A stretch of 64,000 nucleotides of DNA from an uncultured Syntrophaceae bacterium (GTDB lineage Bacteria > Desulfobacterota > Syntrophia > Syntrophales > PHBD01). This document shows, one piece after another, positions 17,885-27,601 of this stretch. The notes below the pieces were generated by a model, which worked only from the letters and a program-made list of their open reading frames with translations, had not been told where the DNA came from and made no database searches. The stretch lies in contig CAZLFA010000003.1 in NCBI GenBank assembly GCA_964558665.1, positions 22,952-86,951 of the forward strand. Reading direction: 5' to 3'. Made by a program: the position numbers and the translations under genes. Numbering within the stretch: the stretch's first letter is position 1; every line of letters begins with the position of its first letter.

Positions 17885-19741
17885 TTACTGTCCGTAAATC
17901 CGGCCGATGGCATGCTCCATCGCCTGCATGAAGTTCTCCCAATACACCTCGAACGTTGTATGGCTCATGAGGTAGGGCGTAATTATGCATGACCGCAGCA
18001 CATAAACGCTCTGCAGGCGCTCCCATTCGCTTTCAGGAATGCCGAAGCGCGCCACAAAGGCACGGGGCGTATCGCCGTATTCTTCGTGCGTCAGAGAGGT
18101 CTTCGATGTTATGAAGCTGTTTCTGTAAAGCGGTCCCGACTTGTAAGAGCACTTTTCAAAAATCGCCTCGTTCAGACGGTTCATCGCCTCCAGGCTGCTA
18201 TTGCCGATCTCGTGATAGGCATAATCAACGATGTTGATGTCCGGCCGCGTAAGAGGGATTACCTCGAAGCTGCGGCCTGCCACACGGAGAGGATAGGCAT
18301 TCATGAGGGCGCGATAAAAACGGTAGGCGCCTTCAATGCTGTCACCGATGATCCGCCCGTAGCCTTCCCTGTTCAGCGGAACGACGTGATGCGCCATCCA
18401 GACAGCGGCGACGGCGGCACCGGCCTTGGAACCTTCCATGATGTAGCTCCCCAGCAGCATGGGGTTGTCGCGGCTCTCCTCAAAGACATAGGCTGCGAAG
18501 TAGGAAATCAAATCGATGACCCTGCGGTCGGCTGCAACAATGCCGCCCGCTGCGTAGGGGATGTAGCCCAGTTTGTGGGGGTCAACCGTTATCGAATCGG
18601 CCCGGGGCATCGCCTTGAAGGCCTCGTAAACCTCTCTGTTGAGCCAGTTGTCCTCCCCCGGGCTGATGCTCCGGTCAGCATGATGTTTCTCCAGATCTTC
18701 GAAATCCATAAATTGCCCTTCTTCGTCCAGGAACAAAGTGCGGGCGTAACCGCCGTAGGCGGCATCGATGTGAACGTAGAAGGATACGCCTAGGGCGGCA
18801 TAATGCTCCCGCAGGCGGATGATTTTGTGGATCTCGTCCACTGCCCCCTCTTCGGTGGTGCCTACTACAGCCACCACGGCGAGGATCGGCGTGCGTTCGG
18901 CAACCAGGCCGTCAATGATTTTCTCGAGAGCCGATATGTCCATCCTATAATCCTCGCGCACCGGCACGAAAACCAGGTTGTCCTGGCCGATGCCGAATAT
19001 GTCCACTGCCTTTGTCCAGGAGTAGTGTTTCGACTGCGGGACCAGAACCTTTCCAAGATTTATTCCCTTCATTCCTGTGCCGCGAACGGAACACTGACGC
19101 AGTTTGTCGAAGCATCCCGCCTCTTTTGCCTTGTCGGCCATGTCCAGGATCGCTCCCGTTGAAAGGTTGAGAAGCTGCCATTCATCAAGGCCTTCCACAA
19201 GTTCCGGCAGGCATTCCCTGACCGCCAGAGGAATCGATTTCAGATTACGCGCCATCCAGAGTCCTTCATAATTGGCCACGGTCCCCCCTGATGTAATGTG
19301 GCCCCACGCCCTATCCTCATCGTACCCCATGAGACCGGCCAGTTGGCGCCCAACTTCAATCTCCAGCGCGGTCGTCACCGGTGATCCTTCATAGGCGCAA
19401 TTGTTGGGATTGTACAGCAGAGTCAGCATGTAGCCGAGGTTGGCGGCGATGAGGGTGTCGGTGTTCATATGCCCGAGGTAGCGGGGCGAAAACCAGGGAT
19501 TGGAACTTACCTGAAGACGCCCGGCCAGTTCTACCAAAGCCTCGCGTGTCTTCTGGATCGTATCTGTAAACTCCCGGCTGCCCTGTTCCTCTGCGGTCAC
19601 CACCGGGGCGTCTTGAGGATGGAAATAACGGCGCCACTCAGCGTGATCATCCATCAAATAGTTGAGCATTTCCTTAAAGAAGCTGTAGTTCTCCGACTTG
19701 GGTCCGAGAAAGAGTGCTTTGACGTTTACCGGTTCTGTCAT
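17885..19741 (-). CDS. group II PLP-dependent decarboxylase, tyrosine decarboxylase (TyrDC)-like
   Basis: 618-aa ORF. The N-terminus (ALFLGPKSEN...DDHAEWRRYFHPQDAPVV...SPRYLGHMNTDTL...NPNNCAYEGSPVTTALEIEV...WGHITSGGTVANYEGLWMARNLKSIPLA) parallels the enterococcal TyrDC layout as I recall it. The PLP lysine motif is SITVDPHKLGYIPYAAG. Confidence 0.75.
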   Translation of the reverse strand: MTEPVNVKALFLGPKSENYSFFKEMLNYLMDDHAEWRRYFHPQDAPVVTAEEQGSREFTDTIQKTREALVELAGRLQVSSNPWFSPRYLGHMNTDTLIAANLGYMLTLLYNPNNCAYEGSPVTTALEIEVGRQLAGLMGYDEDRAWGHITSGGTVANYEGLWMARNLKSIPLAVRECLPELVEGLDEWQLLNLSTGAILDMADKAKEAGCFDKLRQCSVRGTGMKGINLGKVLVPQSKHYSWTKAVDIFGIGQDNLVFVPVREDYRMDISALEKIIDGLVAERTPILAVVAVVGTTEEGAVDEIHKIIRLREHYAALGVSFYVHIDAAYGGYARTLFLDEEGQFMDFEDLEKHHADRSISPGEDNWLNREVYEAFKAMPRADSITVDPHKLGYIPYAAGGIVAADRRVIDLISYFAAYVFEESRDNPMLLGSYIMEGSKAGAAVAAVWMAHHVVPLNREGYGRIIGDSIEGAYRFYRALMNAYPLRVAGRSFEVIPLTRPDINIVDYAYHEIGNSSLEAMNRLNEAIFEKCSYKSGPLYRNSFITSKTSLTHEEYGDTPRAFVARFGIPESEWERLQSVYVLRSCIITPYLMSHTTFEVYWENFMQAMEHAIGRIYGQ

Positions 19742-20121
19742 ATTTCCCCCCGTTGTATCATCATTATAAAAGCTGCCGGCTGTTCTGCAGGTTTTACTCC
19801 CGGCATGTCTATTTTCTCATCCGGTGATCACATTTTTTCTTTGGGTCAATAATTAGACAACTTCTAAGATATCAAATGATAGTCTGTATTGTACGACTCT
19901 TTCAAGCTTTATTTTTCATTGACAATTTCACGGCCGTTGACATCGCAGTCAGCGAATTGCCGGGGCTGTTCCAAGACAGAAAACTTGACACGGTGTACTT
20001 ATATTGGTACGCAAATCGTATAAGCAAGCGGCCTTGCAGTGCCTTCTTATTCAAGAGGGAAACACAGTATGTCATTCTGCAGAAAGACCGTAATCCTTTT
20101 CAGCCATAGAGAAGAAAAGCC

Positions 20122-21015
20122 ATGAATACTGAACTCCATGACCGCCAATTCTTTCCTGCCGCCCTTGCGGATCGTTTATACGTTATCGGCAATCCCTTCT
20201 TCAACCAGTACCTTGTCAGGGGAGAAAAGGCATCCGCCCTGATCGAAATGGGGATCTCGGCAACGACGGACGAAGCCGTCAGGCAACTGTCGGGGATTGA
20301 TGCAAAGCCGGACTACCTGGTTGTTCCTCATCCGCATGTTGACCATATCAACGGGTTAAACAACATCAGGAAAGCCTTCCCTGAGGCAGCCGTTGTCGCG
20401 GGAAAAGGGGCGCCGGAATTCGTCGCTCACCCCAGGGTAGCAAAATCGCTGGTTGATGAAGATCTCTATATGACCGACTTCATGGCCGCCAGGGGAATCC
20501 GTTCCGTTCATTCTCCTCTTGATACGGCGCCGTCTTTGGAGGGATGCAGGATCGCCGGAGACGGGGACGAAATCAGCCTGGGAGGCGTGACATTGAGTTT
20601 TATTTCCGTCGGCGGCCATTCACCCGGCAATATTGTCGTTTTCATACCCGAGTTGAAGGCGCTTATCGCCTCGGACAGCCTGGGTTTCCGTTATGCAAGC
20701 GGACTGATGTTTCCCATTTATTTCACCGGCTTCAACGCATATATCGACACTATTGACCGCCTGGCCTCTTTGAACCCGGCGATATTGGGACTGGCGCACC
20801 ACGGCACAATAGCGAGCGGCGATATTCCCGCGGTTTTCGACATGGCGCGGAGATCGGCAACGGAAATGAAGGAGAGCATCATCAGTGATACCGGAAGCGA
20901 TGAACAGATCATCGCCCGCATTTTTGACAGATTCTACAAAGATGATCTGACACTCTATGCGAAGGATAATATTGTTGAGTGCTGCAGACTACTGATAAAA
21001 AGGAGCAGAGAGTAA
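20122..21015 (+). CDS. MBL-fold metallo-hydrolase
   Basis: 297-aa ORF with the HxHxDH motif (VVPHPHVDHINGL) and later His/Asp ligands (GGHSPGN, LAHHG). Confidence 0.8.
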   Translation: MNTELHDRQFFPAALADRLYVIGNPFFNQYLVRGEKASALIEMGISATTDEAVRQLSGIDAKPDYLVVPHPHVDHINGLNNIRKAFPEAAVVAGKGAPEFVAHPRVAKSLVDEDLYMTDFMAARGIRSVHSPLDTAPSLEGCRIAGDGDEISLGGVTLSFISVGGHSPGNIVVFIPELKALIASDSLGFRYASGLMFPIYFTGFNAYIDTIDRLASLNPAILGLAHHGTIASGDIPAVFDMARRSATEMKESIISDTGSDEQIIARIFDRFYKDDLTLYAKDNIVECCRLLIKRSRE

Positions 21016-21019
21016 CCGG

Positions 21020-22561
21020 ATGAAGAAGCTGATTATTTCCATCACAATAATTTTAGCAGCAATGTTGCCTGCCGCCAGCGAGGCAAAACAAAGGACATAC
21101 GCGCCTCAGCCGACCTTCTACAGCGGAAATGAAACCATCGACGTCAAACGCTTTACGCAGATAGTTGAAACGGCGCTGGCGAGACCCGAGGCAGGCGGTA
21201 CAACCATAGGATTCAAGGTAGTCGATATGAAATCCGGAACTGTTGTATTCGACCGCAACAGCGATACGCTTTTCAATCCCGCGAGCAATATGAAGCTTGT
21301 TTCCACGGCGGCTGCTCTCTACGGACTTGGAGCCGGCTACAGGTTTGCCACTGTCTTCAGGTCGGCGGCTGCTCCGGATGCAAACGGGGTGATCAAGGGA
21401 AACATTTATGTGATAGGACGCGGTGACCCGTGGCTCACCGACGAAAATATCGTAAAGATGGTAAGCGATCTTTATGATACGGGGGTTCGCGCCGTAGAGG
21501 GAGACATTGTAATTGACGACACCTACTTTGACAGTCTCCGCAACATCAACGGCTGGGATAACAAATCCCTGCGCCATTGTTACGAAGCGCCGATCGGAGC
21601 AATGTCGGTCAACTTCAACTGTCTATGGATAACCGTGCATCCCGCCGGCAAAGCCGGTTCAAAGGCCAGAGTTGAAGTGCACCCCGATATCGATATGTTC
21701 CGGCTCAGCAATCAGGTGCGTACGGTAAAGAAGGGGCGGTCCGGCGTCGGCCTGAAGATGAACATTTCCAAAAACAGTATCAATCTCCTGTTGAGCGGAC
21801 GTATAAGCATCAGTGATACGGGCGGCATCGGAATATGCCGCAAGATGGACAATCCGCCAGTGTATGCCGGCCACACGCTGCACGATTACATGAAAAGAAA
21901 GGGCATAAAGATCAAGGGAGCCATCAAAGTGCGCAAAGCCGATCAGGAAGCGCGCCATGAGCTGCTCGTCTATAAAAGCCCTCCCCTGGAAGAGCTGGTT
22001 TACCACCTGAACAAGGAGTCCAACAATTTCATGGCCGAACAGACCTTCAAGACGCTGGGCGCCGAGAAAACGGGATTGCCGGGCACCTGCGAAGGCGGGG
22101 CGCAGTTTACGGAACAGTTTCTTTCCAGTGTCATAGGAGCAAAACCGGGAAGCTACAGGATAGAAAACGGTTCGGGGCTGGGACTGGAAAACAGGGTTAC
22201 CCCCGATCTCCTGATACGTGTTCTTAAATTTATGGATGCAAATCCGGCCTATGCAAATGCCTATATGAATTCGCTGCCGATAATGGGCCTTGACGGCACT
22301 CTGCGCAACCGGCACAGGTTCAGTGATGCGGCAAACCGCATCCGCGCCAAGACAGGCTTTATCAACAATGTGATCACCCTCACGGGGTTTGTGGAGACAA
22401 AGGGATGCGACCGGCTTGCCTTCTCTCTGCTGATGAACAAATATGATACAAAGCGGCGCGCCAACCTTCGCAAGGTTCAGGACGAAATTATTCTGGCGCT
22501 CAGCAACCTGGTTCTTATGCCCGGAAATCCAGGCTGTGCGTCCGCCAATATCACCCAATAA
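21020..22561 (+). CDS. dacB: D-alanyl-D-alanine carboxypeptidase/endopeptidase (PBP4, peptidase S13)
   Basis: 513-aa ORF with a signal peptide. The active-site motif is SxxK (NPASNMKLVSTAAAL). SGS/ENGSGL and a KTG motif (IRAKTGFINNV) are typical of PBP4. Confidence 0.88.
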   Translation: MKKLIISITIILAAMLPAASEAKQRTYAPQPTFYSGNETIDVKRFTQIVETALARPEAGGTTIGFKVVDMKSGTVVFDRNSDTLFNPASNMKLVSTAAALYGLGAGYRFATVFRSAAAPDANGVIKGNIYVIGRGDPWLTDENIVKMVSDLYDTGVRAVEGDIVIDDTYFDSLRNINGWDNKSLRHCYEAPIGAMSVNFNCLWITVHPAGKAGSKARVEVHPDIDMFRLSNQVRTVKKGRSGVGLKMNISKNSINLLLSGRISISDTGGIGICRKMDNPPVYAGHTLHDYMKRKGIKIKGAIKVRKADQEARHELLVYKSPPLEELVYHLNKESNNFMAEQTFKTLGAEKTGLPGTCEGGAQFTEQFLSSVIGAKPGSYRIENGSGLGLENRVTPDLLIRVLKFMDANPAYANAYMNSLPIMGLDGTLRNRHRFSDAANRIRAKTGFINNVITLTGFVETKGCDRLAFSLLMNKYDTKRRANLRKVQDEIILALSNLVLMPGNPGCASANITQ

Positions 22562-22568
22562 TCTTCAT

Positions 22569-24311
22569 ATGGACATTCTCGCTGCAAAAAGCGATGTGGT
22601 CAGAATACTTGATGAGATCGCCCTCTTTCTGGAATTGAAGGGTGAAAACCCCTTTAAGTCGAAGGCGTATCAGAATGCAGCCCGCCATATCGAACAGCTC
22701 GACGATTTCAACTCCATAGTGGAGGAGGACAAACTTTCCTCCATAAAGGGAATCGGAACCGCCCTGCACGGCAAGATCATGGAACTGGTGACCACCGGAA
22801 GACTTGCCTACTATGAAAACCTGAAAGCCGGCATACCGCAAGGCCACATCGAGATGCTGAGAATACCCGGTCTGGGTCCCAAGAAAATAAAACTGCTGCA
22901 TGATCTGCTGGGGATCGAAACGATTGGAGAGCTTGAATACGCCTGCAATGAGAACAGGCTTATCGAACTTCCCGGTTTCGGCAAAAAAACACAGGAAAAA
23001 ATCCAGACCGGCATAGAGCAGCTCAAGAAATACAAGGATCGGCGTCTCTATTCGGAAGTGATAGATGAAGCCCGGAAAATCATGGCCTACATTCAGGCGC
23101 ATGCCGGCGTTGTCAGGTCGGAGATTGCCGGTTCTTTGCGCCGCGGCAACGAAACCGTCAAGGACATTGATCTTCTTGCCGCATCACTTGAACCATCCGT
23201 CCTCGGAGAGCACTTTGTTTCATATTCCGCCCTGGACACGGTTACAGCAAGAGGTGACACAAAAATCAGCGCATCTCTCAGATCAGGAGTCAATTGCGAT
23301 CTGCGCATTGTTTCACCTCTTGAATTCCCTTACGCGCTTCATCACTTTACGGGAAGCAGGGAGCACAACACCGCCATGCGCGGACGCGCAAAAACGATGG
23401 ATATGAAGATGAATGAATACGGCCTTTTCAAATCCGGCGTTAATGTTCCCTGCAGCAGTGAAGAGGAGATATTTGAGGCGCTTGATCTGCAATACATACC
23501 TCCGGAGATAAGGGAAGGCAGCGGCGAGATTGAAGCCGCCGCCGTCCGGCACATTCCCAAGCTGATCGAGCATAATGACATCCGCGGTCTTTTTCACATC
23601 CACACCTCTTTCAGTGACGGAGCCGATTCTCTGGAGGCTGTGGTAAAAATGGCGAAGCGTATGGGACTGGAATATATCGGCATTGCCGATCACAGCCGGT
23701 CGGCATACTATGCGGGCGGGCTATCCAAAGATGCCGTCAGGGAACAGCACGAGCTGATCGACAGCCTGAATGCCAGAGAGGCGCCTTTTCACATATTCAA
23801 GGGGATAGAATCCGATATACTCCCCGACGGTCAACTGGACTATGACGAGGAGGTCTTGGAAAAATTCGATTTTGTAATTGCCGCCGTCCATTCACATTTC
23901 GGAATGTCATTGGATGCGATGACATCCAGAATTATCAGGGCCATGTCCAACCCTCATACCGCCATGCTCGCGCATCCCACAGGACGTCTGCTTCTTACGA
24001 GAGAGCCTTATGCAGTGGATATCACGGCAATCATCGATTATGCGGCTGAAAGAGGTACAGTGATCGAACTGAACGCCAATCCCCACAGGCTTGATCTCGA
24101 CTGGCGTCATTGCCGGTATGCCAAAAAGAGGGGCGTCAGGATCTCCATCAACCCGGATTCTCATCATGCGGCTGATCTGAATCACTTCATGTACGGCATC
24201 AATATTGCCCGCAAAGGATGGCTGGAATCCGGGGACTGCGTCAACTGCCTTGGCCTTTCCGGGATAAATGAGTGGCTTGCCGAACGCCGCAGTCCAGGGC
24301 AAAAACATTGA
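22569..24311 (+). CDS. polX: DNA polymerase/3'-5' exonuclease PolX (Pol beta-like + PHP domain)
   Basis: The start is placed at the ATG at 22569, because the ORF-track start at 22443 would overlap dacB. N-terminal Pol X helix-hairpin-helix region: ELKGENPFKSKAYQNAARHIE...IKGIGTALHGKIMELVTTGRL. Nucleotidyltransferase motif: GSLRRGNETVKDIDLL. C-terminal PHP domain: FHIHTSFSDG...IADHS. Confidence 0.9.
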   Translation: MDILAAKSDVVRILDEIALFLELKGENPFKSKAYQNAARHIEQLDDFNSIVEEDKLSSIKGIGTALHGKIMELVTTGRLAYYENLKAGIPQGHIEMLRIPGLGPKKIKLLHDLLGIETIGELEYACNENRLIELPGFGKKTQEKIQTGIEQLKKYKDRRLYSEVIDEARKIMAYIQAHAGVVRSEIAGSLRRGNETVKDIDLLAASLEPSVLGEHFVSYSALDTVTARGDTKISASLRSGVNCDLRIVSPLEFPYALHHFTGSREHNTAMRGRAKTMDMKMNEYGLFKSGVNVPCSSEEEIFEALDLQYIPPEIREGSGEIEAAAVRHIPKLIEHNDIRGLFHIHTSFSDGADSLEAVVKMAKRMGLEYIGIADHSRSAYYAGGLSKDAVREQHELIDSLNAREAPFHIFKGIESDILPDGQLDYDEEVLEKFDFVIAAVHSHFGMSLDAMTSRIIRAMSNPHTAMLAHPTGRLLLTREPYAVDITAIIDYAAERGTVIELNANPHRLDLDWRHCRYAKKRGVRISINPDSHHAADLNHFMYGINIARKGWLESGDCVNCLGLSGINEWLAERRSPGQKH

Positions 24312-24321
24312 AAGAGTAAAA

Positions 24322-24825
24322 ATGCGGAGAAGAAAGAAAACTTCAGGAAAGGTGGAAAGCCTGGGCAACGTCCTGCATGATGTGTTGGCCAAACAGAATA
24401 TCATTGTCAGTCCGGGCAACCCTAAGTTAATAGATGTGTGGAAAAAGAGCGTCGGACCGCAGATCGCCTCCCAGACACGGCCTGACAGAGTGCAGAAAGG
24501 CACCCTGTATGTAAAGGTCGCAAATTCTGTATGGATGCATCAGCTTCAGTTTCTCAAGCGGGATATCATAGACAAGTTCAACAAAAACACTTATACGGAA
24601 GCCGTTGAGAACATCCGTTTTTTTCTGGCTGAAATCAGAGGGTCTCAATCCCTTGAAGAAAGGACTTTTGATTTTTCAGCATATCCCCTGAATGCCAGAG
24701 ACAGGAACATTATTGAGAAGAGCACGGAAACAGTCGAAGATGAGGAATTGAAAAACCTGCTGAAAAGCGTGATGCAAAAGGAGATTATCCGGCGCCGGAT
24801 TCTGGAAAAAAAGAGAGGCCGCTGA
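24322..24825 (+). CDS. DUF721 (DciA-like) domain protein
   Basis: The start is placed at the ATG at 24322, after the polX stop. LGNVLHDVLAK...LIDVWKKSVGPQIASQTRPDRVQKGTLYVKVANSVWMHQLQFLKRDIIDKFN matches the DUF721 pattern (W...vG..ia..t.p....g.L.v.v.s..w...L......i...ln). Confidence 0.7.
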   Translation: MRRRKKTSGKVESLGNVLHDVLAKQNIIVSPGNPKLIDVWKKSVGPQIASQTRPDRVQKGTLYVKVANSVWMHQLQFLKRDIIDKFNKNTYTEAVENIRFFLAEIRGSQSLEERTFDFSAYPLNARDRNIIEKSTETVEDEELKNLLKSVMQKEIIRRRILEKKRGR

Positions 24826-25561
24826 GCAGATCAGCCGCATCCTTTGTGTAAACACCCCTGCTTGCATAGATAAAAACAGGCGGCATGATTTCCAGTTCTT
24901 CCCCCCCGCCTTTAATGCCTTCAATCAAAACAAACTCACCGCCCGACATCTTATGCGAATGGACAATCTGCAGCCGCTTTGGCTCCAGATGTGCAGATCT
25001 CATGCGGGCAATCAGTTCCACTATTCTCGCTGCCGGGTAAATTATCGAGACCCTGCCTGATTTCCTCAGTACGTATGAGGCAGCGGCAACGAAGTCGGCA
25101 ATCGTTGCTCTGATTTCGTGCCTGGCTACGGCTTTCTGCTGATCAGGATTTATTCTGCCTGATTTGATCTTTCTATAGGGAGGATTAAAAACGACAACGT
25201 CAAATTCTCCGGGACCGACAAGCGTCTCTATGCTTTTCACATCACCCTGCAGCACATCGACCCTGCCTTCCAGACCGTTGATCAGGACATTGCGTTTTGC
25301 CATATCGACGAGTTCGTCCTGAACCTCCACGCCTGATGCACTCATGCATCTGTCTGTGCCGGCCAGAATGACGGCCAGGATTCCGCTGCCCGTTCCGAGA
25401 TCCAGGACCTTGTCATTCTTGCTTGATCTCACGAACGATGCGAGAAGAACGGCATCGATAGAGAAGCGGTATCCGTCTGCTTTCTGCAATATCTTGAATT
25501 TCCCGCCGAAAACAGCATCTATGGTCTCCCCTTCCCTGATCAGTGACATCTCATCCATCAT
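24785..25561 (-). CDS. class I SAM-dependent N6-adenine-type methyltransferase (tRNA m6A37 TrmN6/YfiC-like)
   Basis: 258-aa ORF. The SAM motif is VLDLGTGSGILAVILA and the catalytic motif is VVFNPPY. The 3' end overlaps the convergent DUF721 gene by 41 nt. Confidence 0.75.
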   Translation of the reverse strand: MMDEMSLIREGETIDAVFGGKFKILQKADGYRFSIDAVLLASFVRSSKNDKVLDLGTGSGILAVILAGTDRCMSASGVEVQDELVDMAKRNVLINGLEGRVDVLQGDVKSIETLVGPGEFDVVVFNPPYRKIKSGRINPDQQKAVARHEIRATIADFVAAASYVLRKSGRVSIIYPAARIVELIARMRSAHLEPKRLQIVHSHKMSGGEFVLIEGIKGGGEELEIMPPVFIYASRGVYTKDAADLLSGLSFFPESGAG

Positions 25562-26803
25562 TTAATCGATCATGTTAACAAAAAGCCCGCTCATCAACTT
25601 CGGTTCAAACCATGTGGACTTCGGAGGCATGACCTGATCTGAATCGGCAACCGCCATAAGCTGATCCAGAGTTGTGGGGTAAAGGGAAAAAGCAACCGCA
25701 TGACTGCCTGAATCCACAAGCCTCTCCAGTTCTTCCATACCCCTGATGCCGCCTACAAAATCAATTCTTTGATCAGCCCGCGGGTCGTCGATTCCCAAGA
25801 TCGGCCTCAGCACCAGACTCTGCAGCAGGGACACATCCAGGGCGCCTACGGCATCATCGGGGCAGGAGGTGCTGCTCTTCAATGACAGCCTGTACCAATC
25901 TCCGTCCAGGTACATGCCGAATTCACGGTGCCCACGGGGCGATTTCTGCGCGAAGCCCATTTCAATGTTAAAAATATCCGACAGTCTTCCGACAAATGCA
26001 TTCTTCGCAAGGCCGTGCAAATCCCTGACAACCCTGTTGTAATCCATGATCCTGAGCTGATCATGTGGAAACAGCACGGACATGACATAGTTATACGCCT
26101 CATCTCCTTTGTGACTCTTGTTGTTTTTTCTCCTGTCCAGTGCCACGGAAACGGCTGCGGCAGCCCGATGATGCCCATCTGCGATGTAGGTATCGCCTAC
26201 ATCCGCGAATATGGCAACGAGTGCTTCCGTCTCACGCCGGTCATTTACCGCCCAGACAGTGTGAGATACCCCGTCGGCAGCCGTAAAGTCATACTCAGGA
26301 CCTGCTTCGGCAACTTCAGCCACAAGATCGTTTATGGATTTATTGGACCTGTAAGTGACAAACACAGGACCTGTCTGCGCGTTGGTTTCATCTATGTGCC
26401 TTGTTCTTTCTCTTTCTTTATCCGATCTTGTGAATTCATGCTTCTTCATCCGCCCGTTGACATAGTCATCGACATGAATTCCGGCAACGATGCCGTATTG
26501 CTCATGACCGCCCTTTTTCTGGCGATATACATAAAAGTGCGGCTCAGCGTCGCGAAGCATGAATTTTTCTTCAAGCATGCGTTCAAGATTCAGCCGTGCC
26601 TTTTGATATATTTCACTGCTGTCCATGGAAATATCGGAAGGCAGATCGATTTCTGATTTTTCTATCCTTAAAAAACTCAATGGATTTTCATTTGCGATTG
26701 CTTTTGCCTCATCATAACTGACCACATCGTAAGGTCTTGCGGCAATAACCCCTGCATACTTAGCCTGCGGCCTTACAAACCTCAACGGAACAACAACAGC
26801 CAT
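25562..26803 (-). CDS. DUF1015 family protein
   Basis: 413-aa ORF. The N-terminus is VVPLRFVRP........AARPYDVVS..EA and the internal segment is YIADGHHRAAAA, both characteristic of DUF1015. Confidence 0.8.
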   Translation of the reverse strand: MAVVVPLRFVRPQAKYAGVIAARPYDVVSYDEAKAIANENPLSFLRIEKSEIDLPSDISMDSSEIYQKARLNLERMLEEKFMLRDAEPHFYVYRQKKGGHEQYGIVAGIHVDDYVNGRMKKHEFTRSDKERERTRHIDETNAQTGPVFVTYRSNKSINDLVAEVAEAGPEYDFTAADGVSHTVWAVNDRRETEALVAIFADVGDTYIADGHHRAAAAVSVALDRRKNNKSHKGDEAYNYVMSVLFPHDQLRIMDYNRVVRDLHGLAKNAFVGRLSDIFNIEMGFAQKSPRGHREFGMYLDGDWYRLSLKSSTSCPDDAVGALDVSLLQSLVLRPILGIDDPRADQRIDFVGGIRGMEELERLVDSGSHAVAFSLYPTTLDQLMAVADSDQVMPPKSTWFEPKLMSGLFVNMID

Positions 26804-26936
26804 ATTCTGATTCTCCTCTTGATTAAATTTCTTGATGCTGACATATTACCCGTCAGCCCGCTTAAGACATACCACAAGATATACAAGATAAACAGCGGGA
26901 ACTTCCGGGCAGGAACAGGATCGAAGAGGAGAAGCA

Positions 26937-27416
26937 ATGCAATATACACTCGTTTTCATTCATGGTTTGGAAAGCACAAGCCAGGGTACCAAAGGCCTTT
27001 ACTTCCGGGAACGCTTCCCAGGAATGATAATTTATGACTATGAAGGCCCTCTGGAAAAGAGAATGGTGAAACTGGAAAAAGATCTCGCCGGCCTGAGCAA
27101 TCTCATTATCGTCGGCTCCAGCTTCGGCGGATTGATGGGTGCCATTTACGGATGTACTTTTCCTGAGAGGGTGCAGCGATTGATACTTCTGGCTCCCGCC
27201 CTGAATCTGCCGGAGTTCCGCCCCTGTCTGTCAAAACCGGCAGCAATGCCCGTTTTCGTTTACCATGGCACAAACGATGATGTAGTCCCACCCCTCGAAG
27301 TGAAGGAAATATGCACAAAGGTTTTCAGCAATCTCAGTCATCACCTGGTTGAAGACGATCATTCCCTGCACCTGACATTCCCTGAAATGAACTGGAACGA
27401 GCTTTTATCGTTTTAA
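26937..27416 (+). CDS. small alpha/beta-hydrolase (YqiA/UPF0227-like esterase)
   Basis: 159-aa ORF. LVFIHGLESTSQGTK is followed by the nucleophile elbow GSSFGG, then the late acid/His residues VYHGTNDDVVP...DDHSLH. Confidence 0.7.
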   Translation: MQYTLVFIHGLESTSQGTKGLYFRERFPGMIIYDYEGPLEKRMVKLEKDLAGLSNLIIVGSSFGGLMGAIYGCTFPERVQRLILLAPALNLPEFRPCLSKPAAMPVFVYHGTNDDVVPPLEVKEICTKVFSNLSHHLVEDDHSLHLTFPEMNWNELLSF

Positions 27417-27601
27417 TCCTGCCCGAAGAAGCATCCCTCCTTTTCCGCTCTATGCATTTTCTGAGAAAGCCTGCTGTATTCATTATTTTTACTTGACCCT
27501 TCACCCTCTATACTTTAAATTTAAACATATTATTTTTACCTATTCGGCAAATAATATTCTGTCTTCCCATTGATCTGTTCCCATACATTGAGGAGCATTA
27601 T

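Noticed and set aside
18086-18793. 235-aa plus-strand ORF inside the decarboxylase gene.
   Set aside because: It is an antisense shadow ORF, and the decarboxylase reading frame is supported by the PLP-lysine motif.
21659-22558. 299-aa minus-strand ORF overlapping dacB.
   Set aside because: It is an antisense shadow of the PBP4 gene, which carries SxxK and KTG motifs. Composition is atypical and no RBS is present.
22443-22568. N-terminal extensions suggested by the ORF track for polX. Analogous extensions occur for tatA (2105), queD (11948), the flavodoxin (17824), DUF721 (24268), phaC (31833), phasin-like 1/3/5, the DUF59-like gene (37453), the OFOR alpha gene (48169) and hicB (63172).
   Set aside because: In each case the longer frame overlaps the preceding gene. 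An internal ATG with a much better Shine-Dalgarno sequence yields the conserved family N-terminus.
24785-24825. 41-nt convergent overlap of the DUF721 and methyltransferase genes as a possible regulatory antisense arrangement.
   Set aside because: Short convergent 3' overlaps are common in compact genomes. The C-terminal tails of both proteins are poorly conserved, so one stop may simply be read through into low-constraint sequence.
25928-26656. 242-aa plus-strand ORF inside the DUF1015 gene.
   Set aside because: It is an antisense shadow ORF with no independent support.
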